64,000 bases of DNA, from the NCBI GenBank assembly GCA_964247055.1, contig OZ176058.1, positions 2,294,001 to 2,358,000 on the forward strand, in the 5' to 3' direction. Positions 50,801 to 64,000 of the stretch are shown piece after piece (the stretch's first letter is position 1; each line of letters opens with the position of its first letter). Under the pieces are notes generated by a model. The model saw only the letters and a program-made list of their open reading frames with translations. It made no database searches and was not told where the DNA came from. Both the position numbers and the translations under genes were made by a program. The DNA comes from Paragordius varius. Taxonomy: Eukaryota; Animalia; Nematomorpha.

Positions 50801-51989
50801 AGAGTTGAAAATTGGGACAGCTCCAAAACCCGATCGATTGAAACGAACAGATGAGATTAAAAATAAAATGATTCATTGCTGGTATAATGTAGTTTGAAAG
50901 CTTTTCACAGTTAATTATATTTTGTAACCATATACGTTTATTTGCTTGTTGCTTTGACGATTTAAAAAATTTATAGAAAATAAAATGGAGGCAAGAAAGT
51001 TTGAGATGAAAATTTTTTATAATTTAACATTTTTAAAAAAATTTGTTTGATGCACCTTAAAAACTAAAGGAAGCATATTTTTATATTAGGATATATTTAA
51101 ATATAATATTCAAATTATCGCTCTGAAATAAACTCAAAAGGTAATAAAATGTTAATGGATATCTATACCTTTTTTCGTCTTTTTATTTACAATAAAAGAA
51201 AGAGATCAACATCTAAAAGAAAATGAATATTTTAGGGTGAATTTGAGGTGGTAAATTTACGAAATTATATAGATCGCTGTAATTTATTTTATTATATGCG
51301 TTACATAAAATAGATAGCGTGTTTAATATAAATTATTAGTCCAAATGTGTCAATATTATTATCTTGAAGATTAAATTGTTTTATTTACCGTTATAAAACA
51401 AATCTGTCTCTAATTTTCCATTTGTAAATTAGAATAGCGGTTATGACTGTTTTATTTTTACTAAAAAGGATGGCTAATAAAAGTTGTTTTGGTTAAAATT
51501 TAATTATCAAATACGAATTTTTTAATATCACAAACTATTTCTTTTTCAATCAAATTAGTATTTTTAGTACTTTTTTAGAGCTCACCATTTGTCCAATCAA
51601 ACTCAATATATTCAGAAGAGCATTGCACTGTATACCGTACAAAGCATGTTGGACATGCCTGCTATGGGGCACATATTTTTGCAAATCATCCCCACTTTCC
51701 GCGTGTTGAAAACACCTGCTTTAGATTTAAAAATAAATTATTTTATAATACATTGCGTTATAATTCTATTACCAGGCCCCAAAATTACACTAAAGATGCT
51801 GAAAAAATAAAAAGCAGCGTGAAAATATATCCTCAAAATATTAATGAAATTAATTACATACTTTCTAATCAAACAAGCATTAGTTTAAATTCTCAGGGTA
51901 AAAATTATATTGGTATAGATGCCATGATCCTAAAGAAAATACGACAGAACAAAATCAATCACCTTCCTTTACAATATCTCTCAACGTAA
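47848..51989 (+). CDS. Candidate spliced gene of unknown function (about 251 aa)
   Basis: Open terminal exon 51581-51989 (136 codons) in AT-rich DNA; phase-compatible upstream exons 50803-50881 and 49903-50023, and more speculatively 49639-49711 and 47848-47921. No family recognised. Confidence 0.45.
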
Positions 51990-52288
51990 TATTCTGGATT
52001 TATAAAATTGCTAGAATAGTTGGATTTAATACCTAGGTTAAAGTATAATAACCACTTTTGTACCACAATATGTTTTAAATAAAAATTTATACATTCAATT
52101 TTGAAATATATATATATATATATATAACCGTACAATATTAACCTTGGTATGTTTTACAAAAACTAAGGCAATTTTGAACTATATATAATTGAGATTACCA
52201 ATTTAAATCTCTATTCCTTATTTTTCGATACGAAACGATGAATCAATTTTATTATATTATAAAAATATTTAATATATATATATGATTT

Positions 52289-53315
52289 CTAGCGTAAATC
52301 TCGTGCTGCTACGCAGCTTCTGGGGGGGGGGGGGGGGGCTATTTGAAATAAGGCACAATAAAATGATCCACATATGGGGATTTTTTCGATACATTATTTA
52401 AATATGATTATATAGGAATAAAACGGTACATTCATACTAATATATTGTTTACTTGGGGGAAAAATAGATTAAAAAAATTTTTGTGGACTCTGTTTTTTTT
52501 AAAAAAAATGGCATTTTCCGGGAGCAGCGGGTAAAAAGAGGACCTATATCAAAAAAGTGTGTCGACTATGTTCAGCGCGATCAAAAATAAGTAAACAAAA
52601 ATCATATTTGAAATTGAATGGTCAACACGTTTTCCAAAAAATTGACTTAACCCATTTACACGGGGTAGGCCCGAACTGGGGACCTAATTCCAAAAAAGGG
52701 CGAAGTCGGGAAATTTATTAATGATTATATTTTTTCGATATTTGGATTTGATTGGGTTCACCGGTTTTCCGGAAACAGATCACAAAGTTACATGTCAGTT
52801 TTTAGCGGATAGCTCCCTACCTAGCAGCTATCAAAGAAACGCTTGACTAATATTTTTGCCTTTCAACAGGGAATACGTGGAACCATATTGAATTTTTACG
52901 GTCTCATACCTAGGGCGAAAAATAGATTCAAAAAATTATTTTTGTGGACTTAGTTTTTTGAAAAAAAATGGCATTTTAAGGGGGGAGTGGGTAAAAAGAA
53001 GGCCATTAAAGCGAAACGACTATGTTCGGCGCAATCGAAAATAAAAAAACAAAAATCATATTTGAAATTGAATGGTCCAACATGTTCTACGGAAAATTGT
53101 CTCAAAGACAGAGTTTTGTGGACTTCTGTTTTCAAAAAAACGCGATTTTTACACGGGGTGGGCCCGAACTGGGGCCTATTTCAAAAAAAGGGCGAAGCTA
53201 TTGTCGGGGCATTCATTAATGATTATATTTTTCGAAGTTTGGATTTGAATGGGTCTACCAGTTTTCCGGTACCAGATCACAAAGCCAGCATTTTCCATTT
53301 TAATAAATATATAGA
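52289..53315 (-). mobile_element. Non-autonomous Helitron, same family as 16789-17999
   Basis: Plus strand CTAGCGTAAATCTCGTGCTGCTACGCAGC at the left end and TTTTCCATTTTAATAAATATATAGA|T at the right; internal segments align with 17100-17990. Confidence 0.85.
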
Positions 53316-55068
53316 TTAAATCAATATTTTATTTATACAGCTGACTTTTGTTTTATTTTCTTTAAATAAACGGATCCAATTTTGTTTTTAGACAAAGTTT
53401 TGCAAGTAACTACTGAATTTTATTAAAATCTATGAATAAAAACAGCCTTGATTTTTAATAAAGAAAAATATTAAAAAAACCGTAATTTTATAGAAACACA
53501 TTTTAAGACTTAGATTACGTACCCTGAAGAAAATTGTGTAGGGCGCTGAGATAATAATGATATTTTTAATAAGTTTTGAGATTGACATATAGGTAAGTTT
53601 TTACGAATTATATAAAATTGAATGATTTGTCTTAAACGGATTTAATATAAATTAGGTCGAATAGTGTCGAAGAAAGAATTAGTTAAAATTATTTCCTGAT
53701 ATGAAATAAATATTGAATAACAGGAAAAACAATCGTAAAAAACATATAATAATATAGGATTCCATTGCTAAATTTAGAGATTTATTGATGGGAAAATAGT
53801 ATATTAAAGGTTTTATTGATTCTTTGATAGGCCCATGAGATTCGATAAAAATCGTTGCAAGGGACGTGAGAAACCAAGTTAAAAGCACTTGAAATGAAAA
53901 CGCAGAGTTAACATTAAAGTATTTTATCGATATAAAACAGCGGATGTACAACCCAAATTTTTTTAAGTTTTATAGTCTATGTTTTTTTATTTATTTTAAT
54001 CTCAATTTTGCATAATATATTTTTAAATAATCGTAAATTTTTGATTCCAATATCCAACTTTTATTTTTTTAAATTTTATAGAGCACTTTTGCGTACTTAA
54101 TAAATCGTGATAGACAGTCCTGATCCTTAAATTTAAATATTTATTTCGTAATTTATTTTGAGAACAAACTATTAGGTTTGAAAGTGGTTTGCATTTTTAA
54201 AAGAATATAAATATATTAGCGAATCAGTAGAAAAATTGAGAAAGCTTCATAATAATTAACATAATCAATTAGGTTTTAGCGCTGTTTAATTAAAAAAGAG
54301 ACGTTATTTGGGGCGAATTTAATATTAAAACCAAAACAAAAATTTTAAACCCTTATTATGCTTTTTGTAACTGAAAATTATAAGCAAATAATTATTTTTA
54401 ATATATATAATTAAACATAAAAATATGACCGCATTGAGAATATTTACATAAAATATATCTTATAGATTTTAAACATATAAGACTTCGTAAAATACAAACA
54501 CGATATACTAATAATTTTTTCTAGTTTTTGCCAATTGGATATAGAATTATTTAGAAAAGTCTGTTTGAAAATTATAAATTTTACTATGATTTTAAGAGAG
54601 CATTTTTTTGCAAACAATTATTGATATACAAAATTTTCGCGTGCCGCACTTAAATATAAAGGCTTGGCGTTGCACAACCTGTTTTAAAGGGCTATATGAT
54701 TTGATTTTACTTTTTATAAATTACTTCTTAGATTATTTATAGGTTTCAATAATATGGACATTGAAAAGAATATCATATAAGCTAAATTTATTTGTTAAAA
54801 TAAGGTTATATATTAATTTATTTAATCTAAAATGTATTCAAATTATAATTATTATATCGTTGTAATTGTAGAATTAAAAAACAGAATCAAAATTTAAAAA
54901 ATAAAACAAAAAAAGCTAGTTAATATATTCAAATATATATATTTGTTTGTCCCTTGAACATCCGAAAAACTAATTAGTTTTATTTTTTGCAATTTATATT
55001 AAATTTGTTGTAAAAAAAGTTTAAATTTTAGTGTGAAATTTAAAAAATATAATTTTTTTTGGCAAAAA

Positions 55069-58000
55069 ATGAAAAATTTTCTACTATCAAGCCTCATTCT
55101 TGCAATTTATATTTCAATTCCTATCACTCTTTCTCAAACTCAAAATAGTAAGCTTATTGATTTGTATTTTTCAATAAAATCAAATTATTAAAAGTTGTCA
55201 ATTTTTAAACTATTTTTTTGAATTATTGTTGGAAATTAATTTTTCAATATATTGTCCAATAAATAAGATTTTATTTGAATACCATGTAATTTATTAAAGT
55301 AAAAATTAAAATATACGGAATTTTAATAAAAAACAATCATACTCTTTAAAACGTTGATTCCCGCTCATATAATATAATTAAATATATTAATTATATAATT
55401 AAGTATAACATCAATTTATATCTTTAATACCCGTTTCGAAACTTTTAAAGATAAGTTTTTACCAAAAAAATCAAGATTTAAGAAATATAATTGCTTTTTT
55501 GAAAATTTTGAAATTTTTTACATATTATCTTTATAAATAGATTTGTAAATCAAACGGAAATTTATAATTTGAAAAAAACTAAACAGGTTTATTTTCACAA
55601 AACAATTTTATTATATACGAATTCTATCAAAACCTATACTACAGTAAAAAAATTTACGGACAAAACGTAATAATAAAAAGAAGATTTTTTAATACAACCT
55701 TTTTTTACGTTTTGATTATTTAAGTAACTCTTAGTTTGCAAACATAGGAAGTGAGATGATTATTAGTTGAACACTAATTAGAGTATGCATTTTAATGGTT
55801 GCTTATTTCACACTCTAGTAGGGCAATTTGCAACACAGGATATTGAAAAAAAGAAAGAAAGAAATTGTTAATTCAACATTTTATTGTTTTTCTTTTTTCT
55901 CAATTTTTGCTAATCAAATATTATTGTTTATATTATCAAAACCTATATTACAGTAAAAATAGAAATTCTACGGATAAAACGTAAATATAGACAAATATTT
56001 TTTTAAAAACAACCATACTTTTCAAACAAGCTATTTAGCTACAATGAAAAATATAGAATTGCTTGTGTACTATATAACTCTATTTCACACTTTGCCATTT
56101 GAAACAGATATAAATCCAAATTTAAAAAGTAGGGTTGTCTTTTAGAAAAATATATTTGTCTTTATATTTTTACGTTTAGTCCGTATAATTTCAATTTTTA
56201 CTATGAAATTATTAATATAATTAAATGATAAATTAATCAATTTTATTTTTTCAAGTGGCGGTTTTTTTCAGTTAATATTATTTTTTAAAAAACAATTAAT
56301 TTCTGGTCAAATTTTTGGATTTATTGTTTGCAGTCACAAAATTCCAATTTGGGTCTTTCTTGATTCCAAATATCAAATTGTTTTTATAAGTTGCAAATAC
56401 TATTATAACTAAAAATATAAACCCCAACATTTTTTGGAATGCTATCTATACCGAGAATTTAGTTTTTGCTTATCTAAAGAGATTTATTAAAATAAGGCAA
56501 ACACATTATCAAAATTATAAAAAAGGATCTTGGAATATATTTTAGTACTGAAGGGTTTTGAATTAAATTATCGTTTCATTTCGACAAAAAACTTTATAGG
56601 TTTAAAATCGCTTTTAACAAACGTATTTATTCGGATTATGTTAGACATATCCAGAAATTAAGTGCAATTGGAAACATATTTATAAATTTTTAGAAACTAT
56701 AGTCAGATTTCAAAATAAAAGGTAATTTAAGTGTGTAAAATTTATATGATGTTTATTATTTTTTAGAATTTGAAATTTTAATGAATTTACGATTTTCTAA
56801 AATTTGCCAAATTTCAGTCAAATATAAAATATATTAAATTACCAATGATTGATGATTTATCTAAATAATTTATATTTCTTTGGTATATTATCGGTATTTA
56901 TCAAATTTTAAGTTAATAATAACTATTTAAATATAGTTTTTTACAGTTATTAAAGTATTACATTACATTTCTCTCTATAATCAAATTTTTACAGTATATA
57001 TCTAAAGCGAAAATTAATAAAGATTATACAAAAATTTAAATATTTTTGGTGTTTATTTATTAACTCTTTAAAGAAACTAAATTTTAGTTAACTATAAAAA
57101 CGATACATGTTAAATCCAATTTTATGTTAGTAATAACAATATATATGTATATAAGATTTAAGGGGTTAATTTTACCGTATATGAAATTATTACATTACGT
57201 TTCGTCTGTATAATTAAATTTTTACAGTATATCTCTAAAGCCAAATTTTAGAATAAAAATAATCCAACCCTAAACAATTAAAATATTTTGGTATTCATTT
57301 AAAAGTTCTTTAAAGAAACTTTTAATATTTAATTTTATGAAAATTCTATAAATTTTAGATAACTTGGATGTTTTATGTCCACAAGCTGACTCGCAATGCA
57401 AATGCCCACCTTCACCGTTTCGTTCCTTTGATGGTTTATGCAATAATGTGATTAATCCCAATTTCGGGCGTCTATTTGAACCGCTCCGTAGGCTTTTACC
57501 CCCGGATTATGCGGATGGTTTTTTTTTATTTTTTTTTACTTTTCTTTTTTTGATAAGATTTTTAAACTTACAGCTATATTTCAATTAAATGACAAAAACG
57601 AGTTAAGACTGTAATTATGGATAAAATATATGGGTGAATAAACTGGGGGTGTTCAACACATCTATTTCGCGGGTTGCTTTGATAATTTTTAGTTCTTTTC
57701 TTCACTTATTATTAGCCCAATTTCGGATGATATAATATCGTCTAAAGAATCGTAAATTTTTAATTGAAATTCTATCTTTATTTTTTCACATTTTTTAAAG
57801 CATTTTTGCGTACTGAACAAAGCGTGTTGTATATCCCTGTGAATAATATACATTAAAGAGCATATATTTTACATAAAAATTGGATTTATACGGTCAAAAC
57901 ATAATAATATAAAGACAAATATTTTTAAAAAGGCAACCTTATTTTTAAACCTTAATTTTTCTTATATAAAATATGTACTTACCACTATAAAATATTAAAT

Positions 58001-61000
58001 TGATATACCAGTATACATCTCTATATGCTTTGAATTACAAATTATAAGTTATATTTAAAATGGTTGCCTTTTGGAAGAATTTCGTCTTTATATTTTTACG
58101 TTTAGTATAATTTCAATTTTTACTTTTAATAAGTCAAAAAGTATTTAACATATGTCAGTAGCGTCATGTATATATCAGATTTTTATGATTTTGAATTATC
58201 TGTACAATTTTTATTTTTACTTTATAATAAATTTGGAAATTCAATGAAGGTTTTAAAATAAGCAATCATATACATGGAATTGAAGCAATTATTTATAATT
58301 ACTAAAATGTTAAATTTTTAAATCGTGATTAGTAAGGTAAAAACAAGACCACCTACAAAAAAATATTGGGCAGATTTTTTTATTATAATGTTAGAAGTTT
58401 GGGTTAATCAATTTTAAAACACATAAATGTTTTACTCATAAAATATATTGGGTAGATCTTTTTTTATTGTTATGTAAAAGATTTAGGTGTTGAAACACAA
58501 AATTTAAACTTTTGTTAAATTAAATTATTTTTGAAACAAGACAAAAATATGCAAGATAATATTTTAGGTGAATCGTTTTTTTTGTATGTTAGTGTTGGAA
58601 TTCAACTTTAGGGTTAATTATTTTATTAGTAAGTTTTTAAAAAATACAGCCACTCGTATGCACAAAAAATATTTTGGGTTAATCTTTTTTTGTAATGTTT
58701 GATCATTTGTTGTTTAAAACAAGAATAACAATATTTTTAAACAAGATAAATATATTTGGTTATCTTTTAGTTGATTGAATTAAACTTTTTTTAGTTTTGG
58801 ATTTATTTGCATTCAACAAAAATTATGCATGAATCGATAACTGCAAGTGGTAAACATTGTAAAAAAATATATAAAATAATTAGTTATGAAAATAAAATAT
58901 CAAGTTTGAAATACTATGCAGAAAATTTGTAATATACCATTTATTCAAATTCCCCCTAACACAATTTAAATTCGCCTTTGAACAATTTAAATTCACCCTA
59001 AAAATTATGTGCTTTTTAAGATAAATATGACCTATATTTGTTAATATTTTTTTAAAATTGAAATTTTGTTTGTAATAAAATAATACTGAAAAATAAAAAA
59101 CTTAGCCATAAAGATATATTTTCATCTTAAGCATGAGTTACATTAGCCCGAAAACCATAATATTTTTAGGGTGAATTAGAATTGTTCAAGGGTGAATTTG
59201 AATCGTAAATGGTATATATTGTAATAATGTTATAATTTTTTAGGTTTTGGAAGTTTTAGACGAAATCAAAGGGGGAGACCACTGCCAAATGCCCGGAAAA
59301 TTAGTTTGCTGATAAATGGTTTACCAGATGTCCCAAGTTCTCATTTAAGCGTTATGGCACCTCAATGGGGTCAACTGATAGACCATGAGATTGTGTTTAA
59401 TCCAGCAATACGAAGTTTTAAATATTCCTATATTCAATTCCTCCCTGAACATTTTTAATTTTCACACCCCTAAAAATTAAAATTATACGGAGTAAAAATA
59501 TAAAGAAAATTTTTTTTATCAAAAGACAACCATACTTTGTTTAGCTACATCTATTTTAATTATAACCCTTCAAATTGCATATTGTAGAATTGATAATATT
59601 GGTGACACAATATATTATTTATTTTAAATGGGAAAAGTTAGTTAAAGGGTATGGTTGTCTTTTAGAAAAAAAATTTGTCTTTATATTTTAACGTTTTTTC
59701 CGTATAATTAGAGTTTTTACTGTAATTTTCACACCCCTAAAAATTAAAATTTTGTCTGTTTTGGAACTTACTAATAATATAACCGCTCATTAATATAAAA
59801 TATTGCTTTATGACATAGTTTATCATTTTTTCTGTAGTATATTAATTTAAAAATTTTAAAAAATCAAAAAATATGGGTAATTTTAAACTCGACCTTTGCC
59901 ACTAAACTAAATAAATCACTTATACACGAATACAGTAAAAACTGAAATTATACGGACATATCGTTAAAAAATATAAGGACAAATTTTTTTTTCCTAAGAC
60001 AACCATACTTTGTTAAGCTTCATTTATTTAAAATAAAACCCTTCAAATTGCATATGGTAGATTTGAAATATATATTGGTGAAACAAGAAGTTATATATTT
60101 TAAATTGTAATATAATTTATATGAGAAAAATTAAGGATTAAAAAAGTATGGTTGTCTTTTAGAAAAATATTTGCCTTAATATTTTAAGGTTTTGTCCGTA
60201 TAATTTCAGTTTCTACTGTAATTTACACACGCTAAAAATAAATTATGTGTGTTTTAGGGCTAACTAATATATCATTAATATGAACTATTTCTTTATGGCA
60301 TAGATTATTTTTTTGTAGTATATTAATTTGATTATATAAATATTAAAAAAATATATAAAAAATAGGTAATCTTAAACTCAAGCTTTGCCACTAAACTAAA
60401 TGACTACACAAATATAGTAAAAATTAAAATTATACGGACAAAACGTAAAAAATATAAGGAGAAATTTTTTTTTCGAAAGACAACCATACTTTTCGAATCT
60501 TAATTTATTCTATTAAAAGCATTTTATAACAATCGTAAAACATTTAATTAATTGTGTTACCAATATATATTCTATTTTACACTCTGCAGTCAAAACAATA
60601 GATTATAATTAAAATAATTAAGGTTTAAAATAGTATGGTTGTCTTTTGAAGTAAAAAAATGTCTTTATATTTTTACATATTGTCCTTATAATTTCAATTT
60701 TTACCGTATAACATATTTTTTCTTTTTATTCCAACAAAATTATTATTATTTTTTATCTCATGTTTAAATACTTTGGGGTCGTCGTTACAGATGCTAATGG
60801 TCAAAGATTAGCTTGTTGTGGAGCTGATAAAAGCAATGTAGATTGCGCAAGTATCGATGTAACGGGTGATGCTTTTTATTCACGTTTTGGCGTGGTTTGC
60901 TTAGGATTTTCTCGAACTCAAATCTCAAATCGTACGGATTGTAAGTTGTCTTATGTGTTTATTGCTAGTAAAGCGCTTAAAATGCAAAAATCAATCAGTT

Positions 61001-63787
61001 TTTTTGTATTTATTATTTTAAAATTCCAGCATAGACACTTCAAAATGCCAATTAACAAATGCATGCATTATTACACATGTTTTTTACTAGTTAATTTATG
61101 TATTGAGAGTAAACCGAAAATCGTGTTTTCAATACTGGATCAGAAAATGTTAAGTGCTCTCAAAGACCAGCAAATATTTTTTAGTTTCACAATTGTTTTA
61201 GATTTTTTGTAATAATTTTATGAACTTTTTTATTATTTTTAATAAATAAGCCAACATATTGAAAAAGTATTGTAAAAATAGCTGTATAAATGTTTTCAAG
61301 TATTTATGAAATGCATAAATTTTAGGCGATTATTTGAATTTTTAATGATTTGTAAAACTTACATAAAAATGGGGTTAAAAAAATGTTTCACCCATAACCG
61401 CAGTTTGTGTTATAAAAATTATTTTACAAACACCGATAGAATAAGAGATCAAAAACAGTAGATTCAAATGGTGTGACACACAGTAAAAAATAAAAATACA
61501 CGGATAAAACTTAAAAATATAAAGACCAATATTTGTAATAGACAAACATACTTTTTGAATCTTGATTTTTTTTTAAAAATTTTTATACACCGTTATACTT
61601 TTATAAATTTGATTAACTGCAATGTATGGAATAGTAAATTGGTATGACAATCAAATATAAAATATACAATTGTAATAAGTTAGTAGTTATATATAAAAAA
61701 TAAGGTTTAAAAGGGTATGGTTATCATATGAAAAATAAATTTCTAACTCTATCTTTTTACTGTATATATATATATATATATATAAATATATCTTTATAAA
61801 TTAGTTTTAACTTACAGTCAAAATTAAAATTATACAGACAAAAGGTAAAAACAGAAGAATTTTTTTAAAAAAAATTGTTGGAAATTTCAAAGGGTATATA
61901 GTGATCTTAATTGATAACAATCAATCACAATATGCATTTTAATGGTTAATTATTTCACACGATAGTACGACAATTTGCAACACAGTAGTGTATGGAAAAA
62001 ACAACATTAATATATATCTGTTTTTTCCATTCACTTCTGTGTTGCAAAATGCTATATTATAGTGTGAAATAAGCAACCATTAAAATAGTTGTAAATAAAT
62101 GGAAAAAAATTACAGTCATGAATCCTTTATTATCAAAACTTTATTTTTTTCGTTAAATGGGTATAAATATTTGGCAAAGAATTAAAAAACAAGAGCTCTA
62201 TGGTAATTCTTATAATTTTTTAATAAATATGATATTTTTAATACCATTGAGCTCTTGTTTTTCATACTTTAACAAATATTTATACCCAATTAACGAAAAA
62301 AAAATTTTTTTTGATAAAATAAAGGATACATGACTGTAAGCTTTTTGAAAAGAAAAATTTTTGTCCTTACATTTAAACGTTTTGTGTGTGTATATACTAA
62401 TTTCAATTTTTACTGTATTTATTTGCATAAATAAACCTCATAATAAATTAAGTTTGACTCTAGGTAAAAATATAAATTAGACAATTAAAACGTAATAATA
62501 AGACAAATTTTTTTTAAAAACTTAAAAAAAAATTGATTTTTTTAAAAAACTTTGTTTGAAATTTCAAAGTGTATATAGTTATCTTAATTGGTAATATAAT
62601 CAATCATAAAATTTCCAATTGTAATTAAGTAGTTTTTATATACAAAATTTTGGTTTAAAAAGTATAATGGTTGTCTATTGAAAATTTTGTGTGTATATAT
62701 ACTAATTTTAATTTTTCCTGTATTATACTATGCCAGTGAAATTTCGAGAACAAATGAATCAAGCAACATCCTTTATTGACGGATCCATTTTTTACGGTTC
62801 CACCCAAGCTAAAGATCAAACCCTTAGAAGTTTTCAAAGAGGTAGGCATAGGCAAAAGTTTAGGTTTTTTTTCTTCGTAAAATTAAAGGATTTTTCCTAA
62901 GTTTTATGGTGAAAATTTTATTAATTATTTTAAAATACAATAGCAATTCTTTGTTGTCTGGCAACATACCATATTATTAATAACTTTTTACCTATTAGTG
63001 GAATGCAAAAAAACTATTATTTTAGATTTTTGAATTGTCTAAATATAATTAATTATATATGAAATAAACATAAAAATGTTATAAAATCAGTTATAAAGTT
63101 TAGATTGCTTGTTTTTCATAAAATATTGTTGCCAGATAGCTTATTCTGCAAAGTGAAATATGATCGACTTAGGTATTTTTACACTTTTTACGATTATACG
63201 ACATTAATAATGCTCTTTGCTTTATATATATGGTTTTAGGCAATATTAAATGAAAAGCTAGGTATAATTATTTAATTCAAGGGTGTCCAACACAGCGAGG
63301 CGCGCCCTTGACATTGAGCATTAACAAATATTTAATTAAATTTTTAACATAAGACGCTAAAAACTACTATTTATTTTAACATTTTTTTGCTAGTTCATGG
63401 TCAAATTAAAAAAAATATACAGAAGTTGTTAAAAAAAATTTCTAGGTTTTATGCAAAATTTTGTATTTAAAATTTCTTGCGGGCTACAGAAAATTTTTGA
63501 AGGGTCATATGCGGCCCATAGGCAACTAGTTGAACACTTCTGAGTTGATTGTATCTCACTGAAAAAGTTACAATGGTATACGTTCGAAAAAAAAGATAAA
63601 AAAGCCTTAACTCACAAATAATAAATAAATTTTTGCTGTATATTAGGGCAATTGTTGAACACCCCTAGCCCAGTTCCACCCGAAGATAATAATGGACAAA
63701 CGGGCAAACCCTTACTTTTACTCATTAGAGATTCCAATTTGTGTCAAGGACAAGAAAAAAATTCAACTGGGTTATGCGTAGCTGCAG
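55069..63787 (+). CDS. Secreted animal heme peroxidase (peroxidase-cyclooxygenase superfamily), 5' part; continues past the window
   Basis: Exons 55069-55147 (signal peptide MKNFLLSSLILAIYISIPITLS), 57359-57517 (FRSFDGLCNN..NPNFG...RLLPPDYADG), 59244-59414 (LPNARKIS, QWGQLIDHE), 60791-60940 (CC...C..I...D.FY....CLGFSRT), 62737-62841 (REQMNQATSFIDGSIFYGS), 63647-63787 (GQL...C...C.AAG). Confidence 0.92.
55951..56203. mobile_element. CAGTAAAAA MITE (Tc1/mariner-type)
   Basis: TA|CAGTAAAAATAGAAATTCTACGGATAAAACG ... CCGTATAATTTCAATTTTTACTA. Confidence 0.75.
58933..59216. mobile_element. TATACCATTT MITE ending 27 nt before peroxidase exon 3
   Basis: TATACCATTT...CGTAAATGGTATA termini. Confidence 0.82.
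59933..60218. mobile_element. CAGTAAAAA MITE (best-preserved copy)
   Basis: TA|CAGTAAAAACTGAAATTATACGGACA...GACAACCATACTTT / AAAGTATGGTTGTC...TGTCCGTATAATTTCAGTTTCTACTG|TA. Further copies near 57880-58125, 59470-59722, 60415-60706, 61481-61762, 8385-8625 and 33930-34140. Confidence 0.88.
61481..61762. mobile_element. CAGTAAAAA MITE
   Basis: CAGTAAAAAATAAAAATACACGGATAAAAC ... CTTTTTACTG|TA. Confidence 0.7.
62113..62336. mobile_element. 224-bp hairpin MITE (CAGTCATG ends)
   Basis: TA|CAGTCATGAATCCTTTA ... TAAAGGATACATGACTG|TA, with arms extending inward to AAGAGCTC/GAGCTCTT. Confidence 0.82.
63278..63542. mobile_element. hAT-type MITE
   Basis: CAAGGGTGTCCAAC ... GTTGAACACTTCTG termini; 8-bp flanks ATTTAATT and AGTTGATT (6/8 match, decayed TSD); TGCGGCCC subterminal motif. 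Confidence 0.6.
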
Positions 63788-64000
63788 GTATTAACTGTAA
63801 AACTTTAATAACGTTTTTACAGTAAAAATAATATTTTTAATTTAAATTCTCGTGATGAATCTAGTATTAAATTGAACTCAGTAAAAATTTTCGATCATGG
63901 TTTATAAATATCAATGGTATATTCTGAATTGAACTACAGTAAAAATTGAAATTATACGCATGACAAAATGTATAAACCTAAAGACAAATTTTTTTTCAAA

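Noticed and set aside
53679-53951. 90-aa minus-strand ORF
   Set aside because: Low-complexity F/I/L/N composition, no motifs and no phase-linked exons found.
54645-54665. TATAAAGG as the peroxidase TATA box
   Set aside because: TATA-like words are ubiquitous in such AT-rich DNA and there is no TSS evidence.
63518-63668. Similarity between the hAT right end (GGCAACTAGTTGAACACTTCTG) and the start of peroxidase exon 6 (GGCAATTGTTGAACACCCCTAG), suggesting exonisation
   Set aside because: The match is only about 20 nt, and the exon encodes the expected G-x-L peroxidase segment; probably coincidence.

Overview
Very AT-rich, intron-rich animal (invertebrate-type) genomic DNA; the species cannot be identified from the sequence. 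Four spliced genes could be reconstructed exon by exon with consistent splice phases: ZRANB2 (+, 6011-18546, 10 exons), a ZC3H18-like gene (+, 22098-31539, 14 exons, about 1000 aa), Rab2 (-, 46703-32808, 8 exons, 217 aa) and the 5' part of a secreted animal heme peroxidase (+, from 55069, running off the window). A fifth, unrecognised candidate gene lies head-to-head with Rab2 (about 47848-51989). A complete but coding-dead Ty3/Gypsy LTR element (716-5390, minus strand, 5-bp TSD AAGGG) sits just upstream of ZRANB2. Introns are packed with non-autonomous DNA elements: a 4.6-kb foldback palindrome, several Tc1/mariner-type MITE families, two Helitrons, a Helentron-like family, hAT remnants and MITE-derived tandem arrays. 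The most notable observations are the giant intronic hairpin in a splicing-factor gene, duplicated splice junctions that create decoy or poison sites in ZRANB2 and Rab2, loss of RS repeats in both RNA-processing proteins together with relaxed 5' splice sites, a MITE end turning into a higher-order satellite, and the orphan gene. All alignments and counts were done by eye.
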